Shown piece after piece: positions 13,401-27,164 of a stretch of 64,000 nt of DNA (position 1 is its first letter; each line of letters begins with the position of its first letter). Source of the DNA: Somniosus microcephalus (taxonomy: Eukaryota); assembly GCA_052327205.1 (NCBI GenBank), contig CM126212.1, positions 95,728,001-95,792,000 of the forward strand, read 5' to 3'. Made by a program: the position numbers and the translations under genes. The notes under the pieces are model-generated. The model searched no databases. It had not been told where the DNA came from and saw only the letters and a program-made list of their open reading frames with translations.

Positions 13401-16400
13401 AACCCAACACCCTGTCACTGAAGGAGACAATAACCCAGCACCCTGTCACTGAAGACAGAATAACCCAGCAACCTGTGACTAATGAAGACAATATCCCAGC
13501 ACCCTGTGACTGAAGGAGACAATAGCCCAGCAGCCTGTGACTGAAGAGACAATAACCCAGCACCCTGTCACTGAAGAGACAATAACCCAGCACCCTGTCA
13601 CTGAAGGAGACAATAACCCGGCACCCTGTCACTGAAGGAGACAATAACCCAGCACCCTGTCACTGACGGAGACAATAACCCAGCACCCTGTGACTAATGA
13701 AGACAATATCCCAGCACCGTGACTGAAGGAGGCAATAACGCAGCACCCTGTCACTGAAGGAGACAATAACCCAGCACCCTGTTACAGAAGGTAACAATAA
13801 CCCAGCACCCTGTGACTGAAGAGATGATAACCCAGCACCCTGTGTCTGAAGGAGACAATAACCCAGCACCCTGTGACAAATGGAGACAATAACCCAGCAT
13901 CCTGTGAATGATGGAGACAATAACCCAGCACCCTGTCACTAAATAAGACAATAACCCAGCACCGTGACTGAAGGAGACAATAACCCAGCGCCCTGTCACT
14001 GAAGAGACAATAACCCAGCACCGTGACTGAAGGAGACAATAACCCAGCACCGTGACTGAAGGAGACAATAACCCAGCACCCTGTCACTGAATAAGACAAT
14101 AACCCAGCACCGTGACTGAAGGAGACAATAACCCAGCGCCCTGTCACTGAAGAGACAATAACCCAGCACCGTGACTGAAGGAGACAATACCCCAGCACCC
14201 TGTCACTGAAGAGACAATAACCCAGCACCGTGACTGAAGGAGACATTAACCCAGCACCCTGTGATTGAAGGAGACAATAACACAGCACCCTGTTTCTGAA
14301 AAGACAATAACGCAGCACCCTGTCACTGAAGAGACAATAACCCAGCACCCTGTCACTGAAGAGATAATAACCCAGCACCCTTTCACTGAAGGAGTCAATA
14401 ACCCAACACCCTGTCACTGAAGACAGAATAACCCAGCACCCTGTGACTAATGAAGACAATAACCCAGCACCCTGTGACTGAAGAGACAATAACCCAGCAC
14501 CCTGTGACTGAAGGAGACAATAACCCAGCACCCTGTGACTGAAGAGACAGTAACCCAGCACCCTGTGACTGAAAGAGACAATAACCCAGCACCCTGTGAC
14601 TGAAGAGACAGTAACCCAGCACCCTGTGACAGAAGGAGACAATAACCCAGCACCCTGTGACTGAAGAGACAGTAACCCAGCAACCTGTCACTGAAAAGAC
14701 AATAACCCAGCACCATGTGACTGAAGAGACAATAACCCAGCACCATGTGACTGAAGGAGACAATAACCCAGCACCCTGTGACTGAAGAGGCAATAACCCA
14801 GCACCCTGTCACTGAAGGAGACAATAATCCAGCACCCTGTGACTGAAGTAGACAATAACCCAGCACCCTGTGTCTGAAGGAGAAAATAAGGCAGCACCCT
14901 GTGACTGAAGAGACAATAACCCAGCACCCTGTGACTGAAGGGACAATAACCCAGCACCCTGTGACTGAAGGAGACAATAAGCCAGTACGCTGTCACTGAA
15001 TAAGACAATAACCCAGCACCGTGACTGAAGGAGACAATAACCCAGCACCGTGACTGAAGGAGACAATAACCCAGCACCCTGTGATTGAAGGAGACAATAA
15101 CCCAGCAACCTGTCACAGAAGGAGACAATAACCCAGCACCCTGTCACTGAAGAGACAATAACCCAGCACCCTGTCACTGAAGAGATAATAACCCAGCACC
15201 CTTTCACTGAAGGAGTCAATAGCCCAGCACCCTGTGACTAATGAAGACAATAACCCAGCACCCTGTGACTGAAGGAGACAATAACCCAGCACGCTGTCAT
15301 GGAAGGATTCAATAACCCACCACCCTGTCACTGAAGAGACAATAACCCAGCACCCTGTGACTAATGAAGACAATAACCCAGCACCCTGTGACTGAAGGAG
15401 ACAATAACCCAGCACGCTGTCATGGAAGGATTCAATAACCCACCACCCTGCCACTGAAAAGACAATAACCCAGCACCCTGTTTCTGAAGAGGCAATAACC
15501 CAGCACCATGTGACTGGAGGAAACAATAACCCAGCAACCTGTCACTGAAGGAGACAATAACCCAGCACCCTGTGACTGAGGGAGACAATAACCTAGCACC
15601 CTGTGACTGAAGGATACAATAACCCAGCACCCTGTGACTGAAGGACACAATAACCCAGCACCCTGTCACTGAAGGAGACAATAACCCAGCACCCTGTGAC
15701 TGAGGGAGACAATAACCTAGCACCCTGTGACTGAAGGATACAATAACCCAGCACCCTGTGACTGAAGGAGACAATAACCTAGTACCCTGTGACTGAAGGA
15801 GACAATAACCCAGCACGCTGTCACTGAAGGAGACAATAAGCCAGTACCCTGTGACTGAAGGAGACAATAACCCAGCACCCTGTGACTGAAGGAGACAATA
15901 ACCCAGCACCCTGTCACCGAAGGAGACAAGAACCCAGCACCCTGTGCCTGAAGGAGACAAGAACCCAGCACCCTGTGACTGAAGGAGACAATAACCCAGC
16001 ACCCTGTGACCGAAGGAGAGAATAACCCAGCACCCTGTCACTGAAGGAGACAATAACCCAGCACCCTGTCACTGAAGGAGACAATAACCCAGCACCCTGT
16101 CACTGAAGGAGACAATAACCCAGCACCCTGTGACTGAAGAGACAGTAACCCAGCACCCTGTTACTGAAGGAGAGAATAACCCAGCACCCTGTGACTGAAG
16201 GAGACAATAACCCAGCACCCTGTGACTAATGGAGACAATAACCCAGAACGCTATGACTGAAGAGACAATAACCCGGCACCCTGTGACCGGAGACAATAAT
16301 CCAGCACCCTGTGACTGAAGAGACAATAACCCAGCACCCTGTCACTGAAGTATACAATAACCCAGCACCCTGTGACTGAAGAGACAATATCCCAGCACCC

Positions 16401-19400
16401 TGTGACTAATGGAGGCAATAAGCCAGCACCCTGTGACTGAAGAGACAATAACCCAGCACCCTGTCACTGAAAGAGACAATAACCTAGCACCCTGTGACTG
16501 AAGAGATAATAACCCAGCACCCTGTGACTAATGAACACAATAACCCAGCACCGTGACTGAAAGAGACAATAACCCAGCACCCTGTAACTGAAGAGACAAT
16601 AACCCAGCACCCTGTCACTGAATAGACAATAACCCAGCACCATGTGACTGAAGAGAGAATAACCCAGCACCATGTGACTGAAGAATACAATAACCCAGCA
16701 CCCTGTCACTGAAGGAGACAATAACCCAGCACCCTATGACTGAGGGAGACAATAACCTAGCACCCTGTGACTGAAGGATACAATAACCCAGCACCCTGTG
16801 ACTGAAGGAGACAATAACCTAGTACCCTGTGACTGAAGGAGACAATAACCCAGCACCCTGTGACTGAAGGAGACAATAACCCAGCACCCTGTGACTGAAG
16901 AGACAGTAACCCAGCACCCTGTGACTGAAAGAGACAATAACCCAGCACCCTGTGACTGAAGAGACAGTAACCCAGCACCCTGTGACAGAAGGAGACAATA
17001 ACCCAGCACCCTGTGACTGAAGAGACAGTAACCCAGCAACCTGTCACTGAAAAGACAATAACCCAGCACCATGTGACTGATGAGACAATAACCCAGCACC
17101 ATGTGACTGAAGGAGACAATAACCCAGCACCCTGTGACTGAAGTAGACAATAACCCAGCACCCTGTGTCTGAAGGAGAAAATAAGGCAGCACCCTGTGAC
17201 TGAAGAGACAATAACCCAGCACCCTGTGACTGAAGGGACAATAACCCAGCACCCTGTGACTGAAGGAGACAATAAGCCAGTACGCTGTAACTGAAGGAAA
17301 CAATAACCCAGCACCCTGTGACTGAAGGAGACAATAACCCAGCACCCTGTCACTGAAGGAGACAATAACCCAGCACCCTGTCACTGAATAAGACAATAAC
17401 CCAGCACCGTGACTGAAGGAGACAATAACCCAGCACCGTGACTGAAGGAGACAATAACCCAGCACCCTGTGATTGAAGGAGACAATAACCCAGCAACCTG
17501 TCACAGAAGGAGACAATAACCCAGCACCCTGTCACTGAAGAGACAATAACCCAGCACCCTGTCACTGAAGAGATAATAACCCAGCACCCTTTCACTGAAG
17601 GAGTCAATAGCCCAGCACCCTGTGACTAATGAAGACAATAACCCAGCACCCTGTGACTGAAGGAGACAATAACCCAGCACGCTGTCATGGAAGGATTCAA
17701 TAACCCACCACCCTGTCACTGAAGAGACAATAACCCAGCACCCTGTGACTAATGAAGACAATAACCCAGCAACCTGTGAATGAAAGAGACAATAACCCAG
17801 CACCCTGCCACTGAAAAGACAATAACCCAGCACCCTGTTTCTGAAGAGGCAATAACCCAGCACCATGTGACTGAAGAGACAATAACCCAGTACCCTGTGA
17901 CTGTAGGAAACAATAACCCAGCAACCTGTCACTGAAGGAGGCAATAACCCAGCACCCTGTCACTGAAGGAGACAATAACCCAGCACCCTGTGACTGAGGG
18001 AGACAATAACCAAGCACCCTGTGACTGAAGGATACAATAACCCAGCACCCTGTGACTGAAGGAGACAATAACCTAGTACCCTGTGACTGAAGGAGACAAT
18101 AACCCAGCACGCTGTCACTGAAGGAGACAATAAGCCAGTACCCTGTGACTGAAGGAGACAATAACCCAGCACCCTGTGACTGAAGGAGACAATAACCCAG
18201 CACCCTGTCACCGAAGGAGACAATAACCCAGCACCCTGTGACTGAAGGAGACAATAACCCAGCACCCTGTGACTGAAGGAGACAATAACCCAGCACCCTG
18301 TGACCGAAGGAGAGAATAACCCAGCACCCTGTCACTGAAGGAGACAATAACCCAGCACCCTGTCACTGAAGGAGACAATAACCCAGCACCCTGTCACTGA
18401 AGGAGACAATAACCCAGCAACCTGTGACTGAAGAGACAGTAACCCAGCACCCTGTTACTGAAGGAGAGAATAACCCAGCACCCTGTGACTGAAGGAGACA
18501 ATAACCCAGCACCCTGTGACTAATGGAGACAATAACCCAGAACGCGATGACTGAAGAGACAATAACCCGGCACCCTGTGACCGGAGACAATAATCCAGCA
18601 CCCTGTGACTGAAGAGACAATAACCCAGCACCCTGTGACTAATGGAGACAATAACCCAGCACCCTGTCACTGAAGTATACAATAACCCAGCACCCTGTGA
18701 CTGAAGAGACAATATCCCAGCACCCTGTGACTAATGGAGACAATAACCCAGCACCCTGTAACTGATGAGACAATAACCCAGCACCCTGTGACTGAAGGAG
18801 GCAATAAGCCAGCACCCTGTGACTGAAGAGACAATAACCCAGCACCGTCACTGAAGAGACAATAACCCAGCACCCTGTGACTGAAGAGACAATAACCCAG
18901 CACCCTGTGACCGAAGAGACAATAACCCAGCACCCTCTGTCTGAAGCAGACAAAAACCCAGCACCCTGTGACTGAAGGAGACAATAACCCAGCACCCTGT
19001 CACTGAAGGAGACAATAACCAGCACCCTGTCACGGAAGGAGACAATAAGCCAGCACCCTGTGACTAAGGAAGACAATAACCCAGCAACCTCTGAATGAAA
19101 GAGACAATAACCCAGCACCCTGTGACTGAAGGAGACAACAACCTAGCAGCCTGTGACTGAAGGAGACAATAACCCAGCACCCTGTGACTGCAGGAGACAA
19201 TAACCCAGCACCATGTGACTGAAGGAAACAATAACCCAGCACCCTGTGAGTGAAGGAGACAATAACCCAGCACCCTGTGAGTGAAGGAGACAATAACCCA
19301 GCACCCTGTCACTGAAGGGACAATAACCCAGCACCATGTGACTGAAGGAGACAATAACCCAGCACCCTGTCACTGAAGGGACAATAACCCAGCACCCTGA

Positions 19401-22400
19401 AGAGACATTAACCCAGCACCCTGTGACTGAAGGAGACAATAACCCAGCACCCTGTGACTGAAGGAGACAATAACCCAGCACCCTGTCACTGAAGGAGACA
19501 ATAACCCAGCACCCTGTCACTGAAGAGACAATAACCCGGCACCCTGTGACTGAAGGAAGAATAACCCAGCACCCTGTGACTGAAGGAAACCATAATCCAG
19601 CACCCTGTGACTGAAGGAGACAATAACCCAGCACCCTGTCACTGAAGGAGACAATAACCCAGCACCCTGTGACTGAAGAGACAGTAACCCAGCACCCTGT
19701 GACTGAAGGAGAGAATAACCCAGCACCCTGTGACTGAAGGAGAGAATAACCCAGCACCCTCTGACTGAAGGAGACAATGACCCAGCACCCTGTGACTAAT
19801 GGAGACAATAACCCAGAACGCTATGACTGAAGAGACAATAACCCAGCACCCTGTGACCGAAGGAGACAATAATCCAGCACCCTGTGACTGAAGAGACAAT
19901 AACCCAGCACCCTGTGACTGAAGGAGACAATAACCCAGCACCCTGTGACTGAAGAGACAATAACCCATAAGACTAATGGAGACAATAACCCAGCACCCTG
20001 TGAGTGAAGGTGACAATACCCCAGCACCCTGTCACTGAAGTATACAATAACCCAGCACCCTGTGACTGAAGAGACAATATCCCAGCACCCTGTGACTAAT
20101 GGAGACAATAACCCAGCACCCTGTCACTGAAGGAGACAATAACCAGCACCCTGTCACGGAAGGAGACAATAAGCCAGCACCCTATGACTGAAGGAGACAA
20201 CAACCCAGCACCCTGTGACAGAAGAGACAATAACCCAGCACCCTGTGACTGAAGGAGACAATAACCCCGCACCCTGTAACTGAAGGAGACAATAACCCAG
20301 CACCCTGTGACTGAAGAGACAATAACCCTGCACCGTGACTGAAGGGTCAATAACCCAGCACCCTGTCACTGAAGGAGTCAATAGACCAGCACCCTGTCAT
20401 GGAAGGATTCAATAACCCACCACCCTGTCACTGAAGAGACAATAACCCAGCACCCTGTGAGTGAAGGAGACAATAACCCAGCACCCTGTCACTGAAAAGA
20501 CAATAACCCAGCACCCTGTGACCGAAGAGACAATAACCCAGCACCCTCTGTCTGAAGCAGACAAAAACGCAGCACCCTGTGACTGAAGGAGACAATAACC
20601 CAGCACCCTGTCACTGAAGGAGACAATAACCAGCACCCTGTCACGGAAGGAGACAATAAGCCAGCACCCTGTGACTAAGGAAGACAATAACCCAGCAACC
20701 TCTGAATGAAAGAGACAATAACCCAGCACCCTGTGACTGAAGGAGACAATAACCTAGCACCCTGTGACTGAAGGAGACAATAACCCAGCACCCTGTGACT
20801 GAAGGAGTCAATAACCCAGCACCCTGTGACTGAAGAGACAATAACCCAGCATCCTGTGACTGAAGAGACAATAACCCAGCACCCTGTGACTGAAGGAGAC
20901 AATAACCCAGCACCTTGTGACTGAAGGAGACAATAACCCAGCACCCTGTGACTGAAGGAGACAATAACCCAGCACCCTGTGACTGAAGGAGACAATAACC
21001 CAGCACCCTGTGACTGAAGGAGACAATAACCCAGTACCCTGTGACTGAAGGAGACAGCAACCCAGCACCCTGTGACTGAAGGAGACAATAACCCAGCACC
21101 CTGTGACTGAAGGAGTCAATAACCCAGCACCCTGAAGAGACATTAACCCAGCACCCTGTGACTGAAGGAGACAATAACCTAGCACCCTGTGACTGAAGGA
21201 GACAATAACCCAGCACCCTGTGTCTGAAGGAGACAATAACCCAGCATCCTGTGACTGAAGAGACAATAACCCAGCACCCTGTGACTGAAGGGGACAATAA
21301 CCCAGCACCCTGTGACTGAAGGAGACAATAACCCAGCATCCTGTGACTGAAGAGACAATAACCCAGCACCCTGTGACTGAAGGATACAATAACCCAGCAC
21401 CCTGTGACAGAAGAGACAATAGCCCAGCACCCTGTGACCGAAGGAGACAATCACCCAGCACCCTGTGACTGAAGGAGACAATAACCCAGCACCCTGTGAC
21501 TGAAGGGGCAATAACCCAGTACCCTGTGACTGAAGGAGACAATAACCCAGCACCCTGTGACTGAAGGAGACAATAACCCAGCACCCTGTCACTGAAGAGA
21601 CAATAACCCCGCACCCTGTCACTGAAGGAGACAATAACCCAGCACCCTGTCACTGAAGAGACAATAACTCAGCACCCTGTGACTGAAGGGGCAATAACCC
21701 AGTACCCTGTGACTGAAGGAGACATTAACCCAGCACCCTGTGACTGAAGGAGACAATAGCCCAGCACCCTGTCACTGAAGAGACAATAACCCAGCACCCT
21801 GTCACTGAAGGAGACAATAACCCAGCTCCCTGTGACTGAAGGAGGCAATAACCCAGCACGCTGTGACTGAAGGAGACAATACCCCAGCACCCTGTCAATA
21901 AAGGAGAGAATAACCCAGCACCCTGTGACTGAAGGGACAATAAACCAGCACCTTGTGACTGAAGGGACAGTAACCCAGCACCCTGTGACTGAAGGAACAA
22001 TAACCCAGCACCCTGTGACTGAAGGAAACAATAATCCAGCACCCTGTGACTGAAGGAGACAATAACCCAGCACCCTGTCACCGAAGGAGAGAATAACCCA
22101 GCACCCTGTCACTGAAGGAGACAATAACCCAGCACCCTGTCACTGAAGGAGACAATAACCCAGCACCCTGTCACTGAAGGAGACAATAACCCAGCACCCT
22201 GTGACTGAAGAGACAGTAACCCAGCACCCTGTGACTGAAGGAGAGAATAACCCAGCACCCTCTGACTGAAGAGACAATAACCCAGCACCCTGTGACCGAA
22301 GGAGACAATAACCCAGCACCCTGTGACTGAAGGAGACAATAACCCAGCACCCTGTGACTGAAGAGACAATAACCCATAAGACGAATGGAGACAATAACCC

Positions 22401-25400
22401 AGCACCCTGTGAGTGAAGGTGACAATACCCCAGCACCCTGTCACTGAAGTATACAATAACCCAGCACCCTGTGACTGAAGAGACAATATCCCAGCACCCT
22501 GTGACTAATGGAGACAATAACCCAGCACCCTGTAACTGAAGGAGACAATAAGCCAGCACCCTGTCACTGAAGGAGACAATAACCAGCACCCTGTCACGGA
22601 AGGAGACAATAAGCCAGCACCCTATGACTGAAGGAGCCAACAACCCAGCACCCTGTGACTGAAGGAGACAATAACCCAGCACCCTGTAACTGAAGGAGAC
22701 AATAACCCAGCACCCTGTGACTGAAGAGACAATAACCCTGCACCGTGACTGAAGGGTCAATAACCCAGCACCCTGTCACTGAAGACACAATAACCCAGCA
22801 CCCTGTCACTGAAGAGATAATAACCCAGCACCCTTTCACTGAAGGAGTCAATGGACCAGCACCCTGTGACTAATGAAGACAATAACCCAGCACCCTGTGA
22901 CTGAAGGAGACAATACCCCAGCACCCTGTCATGGAAGGATTCAATAACCCACCACCCTGTCACTGAAGAGACAATAACCCAGCACCCTGTGACTAATGAA
23001 GACAATAACCCAGCACCCTGTGAGTGAAGGAGACAATAACCCAGCACCCTGTCACTGAAAAGACAATAACCCAGCACCCTGTGACCGAAGAGACAATAAC
23101 CCAGCACCCTCTGTCTGAAGCAGACAAAAACCCAGCACCCTGTGACTGAAGGAGACAATAACCCAGCACCCTGTCACTGAAGGAGACAATAACCAGCACC
23201 CTGTCACGGAAGGAGACAATAAGCCAGCACCCTGTGACTAAGGAAGACAATAACCCAGCAACCTCTGAATGATAGAGACAATAACCCAGCACCCTGTGAC
23301 TGAAGGAGACAATAACCCAGCACCCTGTGACTGAAGGAGACAATAACCCAGCACCCTGTGACTGAAGGAGTCAATAACCCAGCACCCTGTGACTGAAGAG
23401 ACAATAACCCAGCACCCAATGACTAATGGAGACAATAACCGAGCACAGTGACTGAAGGAGACAATAAGCCAGCACCCTGTGACTGAAGAGACAATAACCC
23501 AGCACCTTGTGACTGAAGGAGACAATAACCCAGCACCCTGTGACTGAAGGAGACAATAACCCAGCACCCTGTGACTGAAGGAGACAATAACCCAGCACCC
23601 TGTGACTGAAGGAGACAATAACCCAGCACCCTGTGACTGAAGGAGACAGCAACCCAGCACCCTGTGACTGAAGGAGACAATAACCCAGCACCCTGTGACT
23701 GAAGGAGTCAATAACCCAGCACCCTGAAGAGACATTAACCCAGCACCCTGTGACTGAAGGAGACAATAACCCAGCACCCTGTGACTGAAGGAGACAATAA
23801 CCCAGCACCCTGTGACTGAAGGAGACAATAACCCAGCACCCTGTGACTGAAGGAGACAATAACCCAGCACCCTGTGACTGAAGGAGACAATAACCCAGCA
23901 TCCTGTGACTGAAGAGACAATAACCCAGCACCCTGTGACTGAAGGATACAATAACCCAGCACCCTGTGACAGAAGAGACAATAACCCAGCACCCTGTGAC
24001 CGAAGGAGACAATCACCCAGCACCCTGTGACTGAAGGAGACAATAACCCAGCACCCTGTGACTGAAGGGGCAATAACCCAGTACCCTGTGACTGAAGGAG
24101 ACAATAACCCAGCACCCTGTGACTGAAGGAGACAATAACCCAGCACCCTGTCACTGAAGAGACAATAACCCCGCACCCTGTCACTGAAGGAGACAATAAC
24201 CCAGCACCCTGTCACTGAAGGAGACAATAACCCAGCTCCCTGTGACTGAAGGAGGCAATAAACCAGCACCCTGTGAGTGAAGGTGACAATAACTCAGCAC
24301 CCTGTGACTGAAGGAGACAATAACCCAGCAACGTGACTGAAGGAGACAATAACCCAGCACTCTGTAACTGAAGAGACAATAACCCAGCACCCTGTCACTG
24401 AAAAGACAGTAAACCAGCACCCTGTTTCTGAAGAGACAATAACCCAGCACCATGTGACTGAAGGAGACAATACCCCAGCACCCTGTCAATGAAGGAGAGA
24501 ATAACCCAGCACCCTGTGACTGAAGGGACAATAAACCAGCACCTTGTGACTGAAGGGACAGTAACCCAGCACCCTGTGACTGAAGGGACAATAACCCAGC
24601 ACCCTGTGACTGAAGGAAACAATAACCCAGCACCCTATGACTGAAGGAGACAATAACCCAGCACCCTGTCACTGCAGAGACAATAACCCAGCACCCTGTC
24701 ACTGAAGGAGAGAACAACCCAGCACCCTGTGACTGAAGGATACAATAACCCAGCACCATGACTGAAGGATACAATAACCCAGCACCCTGTCGCTGAAGGA
24801 AACAATAACCCAGCACCGTGACTGAAGGATACGATAACCCAGCACCCTGTGACTGAAGGAGACAATAACCCAGCACCCTGTGACTGAAGGAGACAATAAC
24901 CCAGCACCCTGTGACTGAAGGAGACAATAATCCAGCACACTGTGACTGAAGGAGACAATAATCCAGCACACTGTGACTGAAGAGACAATAACCCAGCACC
25001 CTGTGACTGAAGGAGACAATAACCCAGCACCCTGTCACTGAAGAGACAATAACCCAGCACCCTGTCACTGAAGACAGAATGACCCAGCACACTGTGACTA
25101 ATGGAGACAATAAGCCAGCACCGTGACTGAAGAGACAATAACCCAGCCCCCTGTCACTGAAGGAGACAATAACGCAGCACCCTGTGACTGAAGAGACAAT
25201 AACCCAGCACCCTGTAACTGAAGGAGACAATAACCCAGCACCATGACTGAAGGATACAATAACCCAGCACCCTATCACTGAAGGAGACAATAACCCAGCA
25301 CCGTGACTGAAGGATACGATAACCCAGCACCCTGTGACTGAAGGAGACAATAACCCTGCACCCTGTGACTGAAGGAGAGATTAACCCAGCACCCTGTCAC

Positions 25401-26969
25401 TGAAGCTCTGACACATCCAATGGTTTCTTGCTGGAGAGACCCGTCTCGACGGGCTATTGTGGTTAGATGTTTGGACGTCTCGATTACCTGCTCAGCCGAG
25501 CGTATAGCAGCTGTAAAAATGGAGGTCTGAATAGGGAAGAAGATTGGCTAATTGTTAAATTAATTTAGTGCTATCAGAGTTATTTGGTAATTTAATTCTT
25601 GTAGTGGCAACGAGCTTGCTCGGGCTTCTTGCTCACTATGCCACCGGGGAATACCTAGTTGAAAATAGTTTATTTCAAGATTTAAACCTACAATTATGGG
25701 ATGGTTAAATAATTTGGATGAAACTTTTAATACAAGGCGATTGAAGTGTTGTTGCTGAACAAGTGGAATGTGAATTTTGGCCAACAGCACAAGTACGGTA
25801 ATGGAAAATATTCCACGCCAGCCTTTACAGGCTACTTAGTCTTTTTAAAAACATTATTTCACACACAATGGATGAGGAATGTGTTAAATCAGGTAAGTAC
25901 AAAGCGTGTAGAGGGGGTGCATACACAGGACTGCTGACTGTTAGTGCTATGGCACAGTCCACAGGTCATCTCCACTATTTTCCATCATCGAGGCACGGAC
26001 TAGTTGGGGCCTTTTCCCAGGACCTTGACAATTCTTAAGACCGTGTAAAGCTCAGACTTTCAACTCACTCATCAAAACCCTGAACATGTCATTTGCTTAA
26101 AATGCTAACCCGTGCAGCAGTAATTCCACATAAAGTGAGTTAGTGATCTGGCTTTCCGAGGCAGAGTTTCCTGGCAGGCTTTGTTTTTTTCGGTCCGGCA
26201 CGTGTGAATGTGGCAGTGGTGACAGATGCAGAGACTCTGTACTTAATAGTGGGTTTATATCACGAGATTGAAAGATCCATAATCTGGGCGTTGTGCAATA
26301 AGTTTAATTTTACAGACATCAGTGTTCTGCGAACAAAACCTAACGTTTTATTTTTCCATATTTTAAACAATTTTGTTCAAATCTTCTTGTCAGCAAGCAA
26401 TGGTCAAGGCTGTAACATTGAGGATGCATCAGTTATGAAAACAGTGTGGGCTTTAAAAGAGAGTACATTTTGTTACTATACTTAACCTAGCAGTGCCCAA
26501 CCTTCAAATATCTCCCAAAATCAATTGGAACCAGGTAAGTTGCCAGTTGAAGGCACATATTGTATCAGATGATTATTACGGGTTACTGACGCTTTTCCAA
26601 GTGCTTAGAAGTGATGGGCAGTCTGCGGGTACAGAGGGTGAGCTGAACTGGTATGGCCGAGTGTGGAATTGAGAATCAGCTACCACATGGGCTGAAGGAA
26701 GGGCCTCTCCATACACACTGCTTGTTCTAGTTATGCTGCAGCCTGGTGTCGCAACAGTGCTGTGATCCACACCTTCAGCACAATGCCCCAGTGACACTAA
26801 GTGGAGCAGTTTTGGGAACCTGCTTAATAAGTGAAGTAAGCAGGCATCGATGGTTGCAGTAGCTGCTTTCAGCACTGTTGGGCGGCAGAAAGGCAAGATT
26901 CCACACATATTTAGTAAAACACATGCATGGATCTCAACTCATTTGTTTCTGCCTGCAGGCACTAGTACG

Positions 26970-27030
26970 GTGTCAGCCATGGCTCAGTGGGTAGCACTCT
27001 CGCCTCTGAGTCAGAAGGTCGTGGGTTCAC
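26970..27030 (+). mobile_element. 5' (tRNA-like) fragment of a SacSINE1-like DeuSINE
   Basis: tgtcagccatggctcagtgggtagcactctcgcctctgagtcagaaggtcgtgggttca matches the heads at 33931 and 53395. Confidence 0.7.
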
Positions 27031-27164
27031 GTCATGCTGAAGAGACTGGGGTACGAGTACGGGGTGACCGATCCCTCTCGAGTACCTCACGCAAGGTGGC
27101 CATGCTTGAGGTTTGAGCTCAGGGCTGGAGAATCACAGCCGAATCTATTCCTTACCCAACACCC

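Larger units (their letters stand above)
1..25405. repeat. Satellite/minisatellite array, ~31-bp monomer (29-31 bp variants, a few 25 bp), about 800 copies, extending past the left edge
   Basis: Continuous tandem copies of GACTGAAGGAGACAATAACCCAGCACCCTGT. Common variants are TGTGACT/TGTCACT and GAAGGAGAC/GAAGAGAC. The array ends abruptly at ...ccctgtcactgaag (~25405). Confidence 0.99.

Noticed and set aside
216-25350. More than 100 overlapping minus-strand ORFs (VTGCWVIVS / HRVLGYCL / QSQGAGLLS)
   Set aside because: The minus strand of the main monomer has no stop codon in any frame, and the 30/31-bp units shift frame freely. There is no frame preservation, so these are not genes.
1-25405. 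CRISPR-like appearance of ~30-bp repeats
   Set aside because: Monomers are directly adjacent with no unique spacers, there are no cas genes, and the context is vertebrate.
1-25405. Telomeric array or V(D)J recombination signals (TAACCC; occasional CACAGTG on the minus strand)
   Set aside because: The hexamer is never tandem, and the heptamer-like variants have no nonamer at 12 or 23 bp.
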